Virus record (IMG/VR): IMGVR_UViG_3300035696_002894
Location: 1,283-65,282 of that record
Length of the DNA: 64,000 nt
Origin: a virus
Lineage: Duplodnaviria; Caudoviricetes
Reading direction: 5' to 3' (one strand)
Positions within the stretch are counted from its first letter, which is position 1, and the number at the start of each line of letters is the position of its first letter. The position numbers were made by a program, and so were the translations under genes. Of the stretch, positions 1-8,709 are shown piece after piece. The notes below the pieces were generated by a model. It was not told the DNA's origin, did no database searches, and saw only the letters and a list, made by a program, of their open reading frames with translations.

Positions 1-2
1 GG

Positions 3-185
3 AGAGGGGAGCATGGATTCGAGAACTTCCTACACGACGTGGGTGAGCGCCCGCCGGGACGGAATGAAAAGGGACCGTTGTTCACGATCGAGCGAATCAA
101 CAATGACGGGAACTACGAACCTGGGAACTGCCGTTGGGCGACGAGGAAGGAGCAGTGCGCGAACCGTCGCCCTCCTTCTCGTTGA
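3..185 (+). CDS. HNH homing endonuclease, C-terminal fragment (cut by window start; not in ORF track)
   Basis: Frame 3 reads ...[14 protein letters not shown]...[34 protein letters not shown], the typical phage HNH motif. Confidence 0.75.
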   Translation, partial: RGEHGFENFLHDVGERPPGRNEKGPLFTIERINNDGNYEPGNCRWATRKEQCANRRPPSR

Positions 186-623
186 TCAAGCGACAATGTC
201 AAAATCCGAGGAGATCCAGTCGAAATCCATCGCGACGTAGTCCTTCGCGTTGCCCGCCTCGAGTGGGATGTCGCCGAAGTTCAAGTCGGGGAACGTCATA
301 ACGGGGGACTCGCCGTTCGGGAAATTCATCGTCGCGACGATGTTGAACACGATCGTCGGGTCGATCCTCTCGGCGCGCGTCTGAAGGTCTTGGATGAACC
401 CTGTGAACGCCTCGTCGTAGAGGTGAAACTTCAGCTTCCCCTCGCAGCCGGCGAAGATCTCGTCTGTCCGCACGGTCTGCTCGCCGATGTAGCGCTGCAC
501 AAGCTTCTCGAACTTGAACGTCACACCGAAGCTGTCGATCGCAGTCAGCGTCTCTGCGAGCGATCCGTTGTCCGTGATCGCGAGCGCGACGTCCGCGCCC
601 CTAATGCGTTGGTTGATTGCCAC
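186..623 (-). CDS. putative tail tube protein
   Basis: 145 aa, acidic, beta-rich, directly downstream of the sheath gene. Confidence 0.6.
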   Translation of the reverse strand: MAINQRIRGADVALAITDNGSLAETLTAIDSFGVTFKFEKLVQRYIGEQTVRTDEIFAGCEGKLKFHLYDEAFTGFIQDLQTRAERIDPTIVFNIVATMNFPNGESPVMTFPDLNFGDIPLEAGNAKDYVAMDFDWISSDFDIVA

Positions 624-635
624 GATCCGTTCCTC

Positions 636-2918
636 CTACGTGCTCGTTGTGACGACCGTGTCGCCGATCATGCTGTCAATCACCATGTCGTCCATCGACG
701 GAAGGGTCGTGACGAGCAGGAGGAAGCGCCAGATGCCGAGCGAGGTCGGGGCGATGCCTCCTGCGGGTGCGATGTTCGGCGTCTTCGTGTCGAGATAGAA
801 CCCCGCGATACGCTGCTGATTCAGGTTTTGAGGACTGAGCAATCCGATCATGAACTGCCGGATCATCAGCGTTGCCGCCTGCTGCCGGGCGATTGTCATC
901 AGCTTCTTACAGAAGCCGTCGAGCGCACTCGTAAGCGAGTCCTGGATGTAGTCCGCCATCCTGCGGCGATGGATCGGCGCGAGCGATGGATATGTGCTCG
1001 GGTTCACGCTCGTCACACCACTCTGGAACACCAGCGTGCCGCTCGTGAACTTCGGCGCGCAGATCCCGTTCGCCTTGAAGTTTATGTAGTCGTTGACCGA
1101 GAACGGGTTGCCGCCGTTGACGTTCGGCTCGAGTGCGATCGCCGCGCCCGTGACCGCCGTTAGCTGTCCTGGGTTCTCCTCCGGGTTGAGTTGCGACATC
1201 ACGCTCGCGCAATAGCCATCGCTCCCAACGGTCACAATGCCGGTCGACGTGAAGCCCGTCCCACCCACGATCCCGATGGTCGCGATGGCGGGCACGCTCT
1301 GCGTCACACCCGGATAGTTGTAGATGATCCTGTCGTACGATGTCGCCCCAACGCCAGGAGACGCGACCGAGCTTTCCGCAACGCTCGCGAGCGTTCCGAT
1401 GGGCGGCCGCACACACGCGACACGACCGAGCACGCCGGCGCCGCCATTGTCGCCGAGCGCTTGCATGGTTGCCTTGAGCTGCAACCTGACCGAGTTCGAC
1501 TGCCGTGCTGAAAGCTGGATGTTGATGTCGTGCGAGACGTCATCGGGGTTCAACGTCGCGCCGATGGCTGCCGTGTACGCCGCGTCGATCGCCGACTCCG
1601 ACAACGATGCGCTCACGGTCAGAGGATTGGTCACCGCGAACGAGTCGAGCAGGATAGGCGTGAGCGCATTCACAGCGTTTACCGTTGTCGGAGCGGCACT
1701 CGTCGAAACCGTCACGCCATCGTCCGTTGCCGGACGAATCTTCACGCTGTACGGGCCCGCGCCCGATGCCGTTGTTCCGACGATCGCGGTCGCTGTGACG
1801 TTCACGCTCTGCATGATCACGTACTGGTTTCCAGCAGGTACACCAACGATCGTGCCTGCTGGAATAGTTCCGGCGTTGCCAGTGCTCGCGGCGTCGGTCA
1901 CACCGATCGGGAACCCAAACGCAGTCGCCGTGCTCGTGCTTGCGATCTTGATGCTGTCCGTCGATGGGGTCGACGACGATCGGTAGATGCGTAGCTGCCC
2001 ACTGAGGAGCTGCTCGACGTACGCAGTCGCGACCGCTGTGTGCACGACCGTGTTGATCTCGGACGGCATGACCGCCGCGATGTTCGCGACGTTTCCACCG
2101 CCAGACGTCGTTCCGACCGTCAGGTTCAGAGGCCCGCTGTTTGCCGCGAGCGCAGTGCCCGAGACGACGCGAACCTGTCCCCCCGTTCCTCCTTGGATGC
2201 CTGTGAGCGTCAGCTTCGTGCCGCCGTCGGCACTCGCCATCGTGAAGCCGGCGTACGCGTTGATCCGCGCGATGACCGCGCTCTGGGTCGTGTCCGACCC
2301 CAGGAACGTGACCGTGAAATTCGGCTGTGAATCGATGCCGAGCACGAGCTGCAACCCCGCGGTGATGTTTGCGTACGTTTCTGCCGCCGTGGAGTTGACC
2401 GTCGCCGCCGTCCCCGTGAACGTCACGACCGTCGCGCTACCGCCGTCGATCGAGACGTCGAGATGCGCACCTGTCACTAGCGCGTAGCTGAAGAGGCTGC
2501 CGCCGAGTAGGTTCGCTTGCCTAGTGAGATTCACGGAACCGACGCTCGTGTCGACACGTGTGATGAGCAGACGTGAGTAGCGCTTGCCCGTGAGGTGCAC
2601 AGCACCGTTACCGTTCCAATACTCGGGCACGATCGCGCTGTCAGCGAAGCGTTGCCTCGCGCATGGGTTCTGCCCGACGACCCCGTTGTAGGTATAGCCA
2701 AAGCCCCCGAAGACGCTCGCGAGCTGTGTCGCGCTCGTCACCTCCGTCGTGATGTCGAACGGGCCGTTCTCGAACTCGCCGAGAAGGTTGACCGTTCCAC
2801 TGCCGACGCCGTTGATGCTCTGCGGAGGTGCTCGGTCGAGGATATCGACGCCCTCGATCTGCGTCAGAACACTGTTGCCTGGGTCGTACGTCCAGCGGCG
2901 GACATATCCGGTTGACAT
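636..2918 (-). CDS. contractile tail sheath protein
   Basis: 760 aa; N-terminal SINGVGSGTVNLLGEF, C-terminal RRRMADYIQDSL sheath-type motif; follows neck genes. Confidence 0.75.
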   Translation of the reverse strand: MSTGYVRRWTYDPGNSVLTQIEGVDILDRAPPQSINGVGSGTVNLLGEFENGPFDITTEVTSATQLASVFGGFGYTYNGVVGQNPCARQRFADSAIVPEYWNGNGAVHLTGKRYSRLLITRVDTSVGSVNLTRQANLLGGSLFSYALVTGAHLDVSIDGGSATVVTFTGTAATVNSTAAETYANITAGLQLVLGIDSQPNFTVTFLGSDTTQSAVIARINAYAGFTMASADGGTKLTLTGIQGGTGGQVRVVSGTALAANSGPLNLTVGTTSGGGNVANIAAVMPSEINTVVHTAVATAYVEQLLSGQLRIYRSSSTPSTDSIKIASTSTATAFGFPIGVTDAASTGNAGTIPAGTIVGVPAGNQYVIMQSVNVTATAIVGTTASGAGPYSVKIRPATDDGVTVSTSAAPTTVNAVNALTPILLDSFAVTNPLTVSASLSESAIDAAYTAAIGATLNPDDVSHDINIQLSARQSNSVRLQLKATMQALGDNGGAGVLGRVACVRPPIGTLASVAESSVASPGVGATSYDRIIYNYPGVTQSVPAIATIGIVGGTGFTSTGIVTVGSDGYCASVMSQLNPEENPGQLTAVTGAAIALEPNVNGGNPFSVNDYINFKANGICAPKFTSGTLVFQSGVTSVNPSTYPSLAPIHRRRMADYIQDSLTSALDGFCKKLMTIARQQAATLMIRQFMIGLLSPQNLNQQRIAGFYLDTKTPNIAPAGGIAPTSLGIWRFLLLVTTLPSMDDMVIDSMIGDTVVTTST

Positions 2919-3056
2919 AGCGAATGATCTCCGGAACGCATGAAGCCTTCGTTTCGTGCCCCGGGTACCCGACTATTCTGCCCGCGTCGGTTCGGTAGTG
3001 GAGCGTTGGTCTCACGCGGAGCATCGCAGCCAAGAGACGCGCACCGCAAGGTGAGC

Positions 3057-3866
3057 CTATCGGACGCGCACTTTCGAGAACTCTGGCGTCTCCGTATCCA
3101 TCTCGCCCTGGGGAAGCATGCCAACGACGTTTACGAGGCGCACGATGTCGTACGACATGAACACGCGCAGGAGTCCCTTGAACCTGTTGCGCGCGGCCTG
3201 CGCGTCGTCAGGAAGCTCGGTCCCCTCGAGCATGTAACGCGCCGAGCGCCAATAGTAGTGCGGGGTTCGAAGCAGGAAGCCGTTGCGCTCCTGCGTCGGA
3301 TGAAACGCCTGCTCGAGCCGCGCGAGCAACGCACGGACCTCCGCAAGCGTGCTCGACCAAACCTCGATGGGAACGGTCTCCTCGCGCTCCTCGAGAACGA
3401 GAAGCGCCGTTCCTGGTCCGTGAACATCACGCGTGCTCTCGTCGACGACTGGGTTCATCCCCCTGGGGCGCTCGACGACCGTGCCCGAGAGCGCGACGAG
3501 CGCTGGGAAGATGAGGTCGACCTCAGATGGGGGTCTGTCGACGTGGAAATTCTCCTTTGGTAGCTCGAAATAAACAGGGCAACCTCCGATGGTTCCCGGG
3601 CGACAATACGCAAGGCTCGTTAGGTAGATGCCTAGGCTCTGCAGTGCGGCGGTTCTGCCGTCCACCGGGGTACCATCGAGCAACGCGCGTCGCGGATAGA
3701 CATCGTCGATGGGGGTACCCACCAAGAGCTGACGCGCGCTTGGAGCGGGCGGTACAGCAAGCCGCTGCGGAAGCGGCGGACCCTTCGTCGGCGGCTGATG
3801 CGCAGGCGAGCACGGCGGCGCATTCGGATACGGCGGAAGCGGCGGACGAGGGTACAAATCGCTCAC
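3057..3866 (-). CDS. putative tail completion / neck protein
   Basis: Position between the gp10-like gene and the sheath; start uncertain. Confidence 0.4.
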   Translation of the reverse strand: MSDLYPRPPLPPYPNAPPCSPAHQPPTKGPPLPQRLAVPPAPSARQLLVGTPIDDVYPRRALLDGTPVDGRTAALQSLGIYLTSLAYCRPGTIGGCPVYFELPKENFHVDRPPSEVDLIFPALVALSGTVVERPRGMNPVVDESTRDVHGPGTALLVLEEREETVPIEVWSSTLAEVRALLARLEQAFHPTQERNGFLLRTPHYYWRSARYMLEGTELPDDAQAARNRFKGLLRVFMSYDIVRLVNVVGMLPQGEMDTETPEFSKVRVR

Positions 3867-3972
3867 GTGCTCGACGCTACACCCGAGAGCGGCATCCTTG
3901 CTTCATGAGTGCAACGAGAAGGACTGAACTCACACCGACGGTGTACCGAAGTAGGATCGGCGGAGGCGCACG

Positions 3973-4164
3973 ATGAACCTAGGCGAGCTAGAGCGCGCAC
4001 TCTTCCGCGCGCGGCTCGAAGGCATGAGTCAGGACGACGAGATCGTCATCCTGACTCCCACGCGCAAGCACGCGAGCGGCTCTCTGCGGATCGTGCGGAT
4101 GAACGACGGTGCGCGTGTGGTCCAGATCACGACCGCCGAAGTTGATGAGCATGACGCGACGTGA
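3973..4164 (+). CDS. hypothetical protein
   Basis: GGAGG RBS before ATG; first gene of a small plus-strand island. Confidence 0.4.
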   Translation: MNLGELERALFRARLEGMSQDDEIVILTPTRKHASGSLRIVRMNDGARVVQITTAEVDEHDAT

Positions 4165-4681
4165 TCACTGTCGCTGGTCACGCGAGGAAGAGGAACGCCT
4201 GCGCATGCTATGGCCCGAGTATTCGCTCCATAGCATCGCGTGTCGGATGGGAAGAACGATGCGTGCGATCTCCGTACGCGCGTTTCAACTCGAGCTGGGC
4301 AATCCAGACGAAAACACGCAGACCATGCGCGCGTTCCTTCGCGCGACCGGATACTCCATCACGAGAGTGTTCGCTGCAGCCATAAGGCTTGGCATCGAGT
4401 TCCGACGATCACGCCGACAAGACCCACGGCAACGAAGTCAAACCGTCCGATGGGCAATCACGGACGAGCAGGGAGAGAAGATTCTTCGGTTCCTCGCTGG
4501 AGTTCCTGACGGCAAGCGGCTCTACACGAACCGCGCGCTTCGAAGCGACCGCGGCGTCTGGGACGTGGGAATCAAACCGCCTTGCTGCCGAGAATGCGGC
4601 ACGACGGCCAGGCCGCACCGCGCGAAAGGACGCTGCGCGAGCTGCTACGTGCGCAGGTTCAGAGAAAGGGGATCAACATGA
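4145..4681 (+). CDS. putative DNA-binding protein (Myb/HTH-like N-terminus, C-terminal Cys/His Zn motif)
   Basis: WSREEEERLRMLWPEYSLHSIACRMGRT; CCRECG...H...CASC. Confidence 0.45.
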   Translation: MSMTRRDHCRWSREEEERLRMLWPEYSLHSIACRMGRTMRAISVRAFQLELGNPDENTQTMRAFLRATGYSITRVFAAAIRLGIEFRRSRRQDPRQRSQTVRWAITDEQGEKILRFLAGVPDGKRLYTNRALRSDRGVWDVGIKPPCCRECGTTARPHRAKGRCASCYVRRFRERGST

Positions 4682-4986
4682 CGGGGATGTGCCGACAGAG
4701 GGAGCGACCAACAGGTGCGCTCACGATCGAACATGACCAGGACGACGCCGGCACGTGGGTAACGGCAGACGGCAACCTCGAGATGGCGAACGAGGGAGGC
4801 TACAACGGCTGCGGTATACGCATCCGCGTGCTGCTCGATTGGCTCCGCACGCACCGCCCAGACCTTCTCGACGGCACAGGCCCGATCGTCTTGCCGGGCT
4901 TCCGATGCAAGACGTGTGGTGCATTCACCGGGACAGAAAAGGAAGACCTCACCGAGTGCCGCTGTTGCTGCACTCCCAAACCTTGA
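4678..4986 (+). CDS. hypothetical protein with C-terminal Zn ribbon
   Basis: ATGA overlap with previous gene; CKTC...CRCC; stop TGA lies inside the palindrome at 4981. Confidence 0.45.
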   Translation: MTGMCRQRERPTGALTIEHDQDDAGTWVTADGNLEMANEGGYNGCGIRIRVLLDWLRTHRPDLLDGTGPIVLPGFRCKTCGAFTGTEKEDLTECRCCCTPKP

Positions 4987-5000
4987 GGTCGACCTCAAGG
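4981..5000. repeat. 20-bp palindrome CCTTGAGGTCGACCTCAAGG, perfect
   Basis: Between convergent genes; contains the plus-strand stop. Confidence 0.97.
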
Positions 5001-5001
5001 A

Positions 5002-5541
5002 TCAGAGCCTACCGATCTCGCGACTCACTTCCTCCCCGATGAACCGGGGAAACTGCGCAGACGCCTTCTCAAGCACGCCCAATCCAGGACGACCTTCCTT
5101 CTCGATCGTCTTCACGATCGCCCAAGCAATGCGCCGAGCCTCCGTCTCGGTCGCGCCGATGTGCCGGACCTTGCCGCTCTTGCTCGTCACGGTCCGTCCC
5201 CCGAGGCGCTTGCGCTTCACCCATTCCGCGAGCGCGTCGATGACCTTCCTGCCTGGATGCAGTCTTCCCGGCCTGATAGCCCACTCGATCATCGGCGCGT
5301 AAGGGGAGATGCTTTCGACGACCGCCGCACTCGGCCCGTCCCGCTTCGCACGCCAGCTAGCCCGGTAATGCCCCCGATCGACGGGCGGATGTTCAAGTCC
5401 GGGGATGATATCCGAGACGATGTGCTCGACCGCCCGATGCGCCGCAGACAGAAGTCCTCGAGATGCAGCTTCGCGCATCTCCTTGCCGACGAGCGTGAGC
5501 ATCTGCTGCGCTTCGTTGAGCTTCCATACCGTCTGCGCCAT
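5002..5541 (-). CDS. HK97 gp10-like neck / tail component
   Basis: PVDRGHYRASW and YAPMIEW motifs; start re-set to the ATG overlapping the upstream stop. Confidence 0.55.
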   Translation of the reverse strand: MAQTVWKLNEAQQMLTLVGKEMREAASRGLLSAAHRAVEHIVSDIIPGLEHPPVDRGHYRASWRAKRDGPSAAVVESISPYAPMIEWAIRPGRLHPGRKVIDALAEWVKRKRLGGRTVTSKSGKVRHIGATETEARRIAWAIVKTIEKEGRPGLGVLEKASAQFPRFIGEEVSREIGRL

Positions 5542-6119
5542 CAGCCATACGCGCCCCCGGGCGCGAACCGGCTCGGTCCCTCGACCGTGGAGTCTTCCGA
5601 GATCCGCTCCAAAACCATCGTGTAAGCGACCTTTCCTTCCTGATGCCAAACCTGCGATGCGAGCCTGTACTTCTGCCTGACCGGCAACGCGTCCCCCCGT
5701 CCGTCCTCGAAGACCTCGTAGAAAAAGCCCACGTTCGGAGGCAAAGGATCGAGCAGGACTGCCTCATGTCGCTCCGCGTTCGGGGGCACGACCCTGCCCC
5801 GCAGCTGCTCCTCCGTGTACCGAACCGAGACGCTCCGCAGGCGGATACTTCCCTCTGGCAGAATACCAGCCGAAAAGCTCTTGAGTGCGACCGCGTCGAG
5901 CCCCTCAACCCTGGGGGTAGGCAATACCTCCATCCGGGCAACCTCCCGCTCGTCCCCCTCACCACGAGCAGCACCGCTCCAAAGAGTCCAGACGAGGAAC
6001 ACCCGATGGCTCCGCAGCCCGGTCTTGACCGCAACTTGCCGCGCTCGGTCCACGACCGGCGCGATGCGGTTGAGAATGGTCCCCTTCGCTTCCCTCGGGC
6101 TGAGCGGACGGACCTTCAT
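5541..6119 (-). CDS. putative head closure / head-tail joining protein
   Basis: 192 aa, beta-rich, in the neck gene position. Confidence 0.45.
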   Translation of the reverse strand: MKVRPLSPREAKGTILNRIAPVVDRARQVAVKTGLRSHRVFLVWTLWSGAARGEGDEREVARMEVLPTPRVEGLDAVALKSFSAGILPEGSIRLRSVSVRYTEEQLRGRVVPPNAERHEAVLLDPLPPNVGFFYEVFEDGRGDALPVRQKYRLASQVWHQEGKVAYTMVLERISEDSTVEGPSRFAPGGAYG

Positions 6120-6144
6120 GCCCCGGAGGCTACCCGTCGCCGGG

Positions 6145-6164
6145 CCTTGAGGTCGACCTCAAGG
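6145..6164. repeat. 20-bp palindrome, perfect
   Basis: 12 nt upstream of TAGCCT. Confidence 0.97.
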
Positions 6165-6267
6165 CAACGTCCGGGTGCCCCTAGACGGGGTGGACTAGCG
6201 GGAAGGTCTCTTAGCCCCTCTAGTCCACCGATCCCCCCGCCAAGGACATCCTCGGGGCAGGACGGCG

Positions 6268-6609
6268 CTACTTCACCGAGCGCAGGCGAAGAATGAGCGC
6301 CGAGGGCGCCGTCACCACCATCGCGTTCGGCGCGGCGCCCGCATCCGAGGTCGCGGCGGAGCTCAGCGCGGTCGCGAGCTGCCCGGCGATGGTCACCGCG
6401 GTCCCGGCGTCCGGGAGTAGGCAGACGACGGCGATGCTCGCAGCGTTCGTGTTCCCGCTTGCGACCTGGGTCAGAACGCACGTCGCCGTGTTGATCCCCG
6501 CCTGCTCCGCCTCGCTGATGATGGTCTTCTTCTGCGCTGGCGTCAGAAAACAGCCGGCGAGCAGAAGGGCGAAGGCGAACGGACGGATGACGCTGAGCTT
6601 GCAGCGCAT
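6268..6609 (-). CDS. small lipoprotein
   Basis: Hydrophobic signal followed by lipobox-like LLAGC. Confidence 0.5.
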   Translation of the reverse strand: MRCKLSVIRPFAFALLLAGCFLTPAQKKTIISEAEQAGINTATCVLTQVASGNTNAASIAVVCLLPDAGTAVTIAGQLATALSSAATSDAGAAPNAMVVTAPSALILRLRSVK

Positions 6610-6725
6610 GATGAGATCCTCCTCGTAGGTTGAGAGGCGCAGGATGAGCTATCCTCGTGGAAGAAGAAAGCCCCCGCGCGCTGGTAACGCCGGGAGCCCG
6701 ACCGCGAACCTGAACGGAGGCTGCG

Positions 6726-7473
6726 ATGCGATTTAAGCTACTGGATCTCACAGGGCGTGTCTTTGGTAGCCTGACGGTTCTCGAACTCAGCGGACGCCGC
6801 AGGTATCCGAATCAAACCGTTCCAGTGTGGCGCTGTCGCTGCGTATGTGGCAACGAACGCAACGTCGAAAGCGGAAAGCTTCTAGCCAAGTCTTCACCGG
6901 TACTTTCATGCGGATGTAAGCGCGCAGTACCGCGCGGCGGCTGGTCTGCGATCAACCAAATCCACGGAGATAGCGGTACACCGGAGCATCGCGCATGGGC
7001 GTCAATGCGTACACGGTGCTTACGTTCAACGTATCGCTTCTTCAAGAACTACGGCGGACGCGGGATCCGTATCTGCGCAGCTTGGTCTTCATACGCGACC
7101 TTCCTCGCTGACATGGGCCGGCGCCCATCGCCGAAGCACTCACTCGACCGAAAAAAACAACGATGGACACTACTCATGCGGGAAGTGCCCGGAGTGCATC
7201 GCGAACGGTTGGTCGTCGAACTGTCGCTGGGTAACAATGACAGTTCAGCAGCGTAACAAGCGGTCGAACCGCGTACTTCTCTACCGCGGTGAACGAAAGA
7301 CACTCGCCGAGTGGTCCATTCAATACGGACTCTCATCCGCAACGCTAACGCGGCGGCTCGACCGTGAAGGTCTGTGCCTCGAAAAAGCACGCACGCGACC
7401 GCTCTTCCGAGTACTCAACCGTGAGAAACCGCGATGTTCACCCCACCCCCGCCGCCCCACTGCGACCACCTAG
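6726..7473 (+). pseudogene. HNH homing endonuclease split by a 1-nt frameshift in an A7 run (7151-7157)
   Basis: WRCRCVCG, HGDSGTPEHRAWASMRTRC, YGGRGIRIC, DMGRRPS..SLDR; removing one A gives KNNDGHYSCGKC...NCRWVT and joins ORF 7237-7473. Confidence 0.8.
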
Positions 7474-7825
7474 CGTCAAACGGATTGGGACCAGGAACAC
7501 CGAGGAGGTTGCACAATTCTCCTTGAAAATACTTGTAACGCTGTAGGATTTTTTCGAACTCGTCCTCGCGGAACTCGACCTCGTCTGCCTTCGTGAGCAC
7601 GAGCGCGTCCGCGTTCTCTTCGATCTGCATCTCGAGCCGGTCGAGCCTTCGGAGTGTCTGCCGACACCGATCCTCGGCACCAGGCGCGATGGCGTTCATC
7701 GCCCCCTCGAGCATGAACAAACTCTCCATCGCCGCGGGAACGCCAAGCACGAACGTTTGGATAGCGTTCGCGTTGGGGTAACCCGTGTGATGTTTGATGG
7801 AGACGCGCTCCTCGTCGGTCAACAC
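7415..7825 (-). CDS. putative head-tail connector / head completion protein
   Basis: 136 aa helical protein two genes downstream of the capsid gene; GTG start. Confidence 0.5.
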   Translation of the reverse strand: MLTDEERVSIKHHTGYPNANAIQTFVLGVPAAMESLFMLEGAMNAIAPGAEDRCRQTLRRLDRLEMQIEENADALVLTKADEVEFREDEFEKILQRYKYFQGELCNLLGVPGPNPFDARWSQWGGGGGVNIAVSHG

Positions 7826-7849
7826 GCGCTAGAGCATGCGCTAGCCGAG

Positions 7850-7866
7850 CCTTGAGGTCGACCTCA
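7850..7866. repeat. palindrome variant (right arm shortened)
   Basis: CCTTGAGGTCGACCTCA. Confidence 0.9.
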
Positions 7867-7962
7867 GCACCTAGGAAGACGCGTCCAGTACGCAAAAGAA
7901 CGGCGGCAACCTTCTGCGCAAAGTTGCCGCCGCAGCTGAGCGTCCGGGTTGGGGTGAAACGC

Positions 7963-8250
7963 TCAGGAGCCTACGACCTCATCGGTCCCGTGCCAGACGA
8001 AGTCCGTCGTCGGAAACTTCTGGTTGCACCGAGAGCAAACGAGGGTGCTGAGCACACCTGGTTGCCGCGCATGGAAGTCCGCAACGTCGCTTCGAAGGAT
8101 CGTGACCGGACAGTGCTTGCCGTTGACGACGTGCTCGACCGCATCCCGGTGCGGCCGCACGTAGCCTTTCGCAGACTCCGCGGCACTCGGTTTCGAAGGG
8201 GACAGAGCTGCTTTCACGGCACTATGCTCGTTCTCGGTGTGCTCAGTCAT
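7963..8250 (-). CDS. conserved phage hypothetical protein (Cys/His motif)
   Basis: YVRPHRD...HC...CSRC..KFP..DFVW..TDEVVGS pattern. Confidence 0.5.
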   Translation of the reverse strand: MTEHTENEHSAVKAALSPSKPSAAESAKGYVRPHRDAVEHVVNGKHCPVTILRSDVADFHARQPGVLSTLVCSRCNQKFPTTDFVWHGTDEVVGS

Positions 8251-8630
8251 TACATCATCACTCCAATCTGCTGCTCGTTCTCGCCGACCTCGACGAGCGT
8301 GAATCCTTGTCTACGTATGAACTCGATCGGAAAGTACCTCTCGTCGAGGAGCTTCCCCGGCACGAGGCGCGAATGCCGCCCCTGCTGGTCCACGTACTGC
8401 CTGCCGCCCGGCGGCAGGTTGTCCACCCGGAAGCGACGTACCTTCGGCGGCTCCACGAGCGATGCTGCCGAAGACGACCGCATCGCGCTCTGGACCGGCA
8501 TCCCCGGCTGCGGGATCGCCCCTTCTTGCACGATGTACTTGAGCGGGAGCCCTGCAGGGGTCACCGCCGCTGCCTCGTTCGGGAACACAGGCATCTCTTC
8601 GGGCATGTCTGGCATCTTCTGTCGACCCAT
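8250..8630 (-). CDS. hypothetical protein
   Basis: GGAGG RBS; coupled to the next gene. Confidence 0.5.
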   Translation of the reverse strand: MGRQKMPDMPEEMPVFPNEAAAVTPAGLPLKYIVQEGAIPQPGMPVQSAMRSSSAASLVEPPKVRRFRVDNLPPGGRQYVDQQGRHSRLVPGKLLDERYFPIEFIRRQGFTLVEVGENEQQIGVMM

Positions 8631-8662
8631 CGGTTCTTCCTCCGAGCGAGAGGATGCCCTAG

Positions 8663-8692
8663 CCGAGCCTTGAGGTCGACCTCAAGGCTCGG
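8663..8692. repeat. 20-bp palindrome (8668-8687) extended to 30 bp
   Basis: CCGAG and CTCGG flanks. Confidence 0.97.
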
Positions 8693-8709
8693 GGTGCTTC
8701 GGCTACGAC

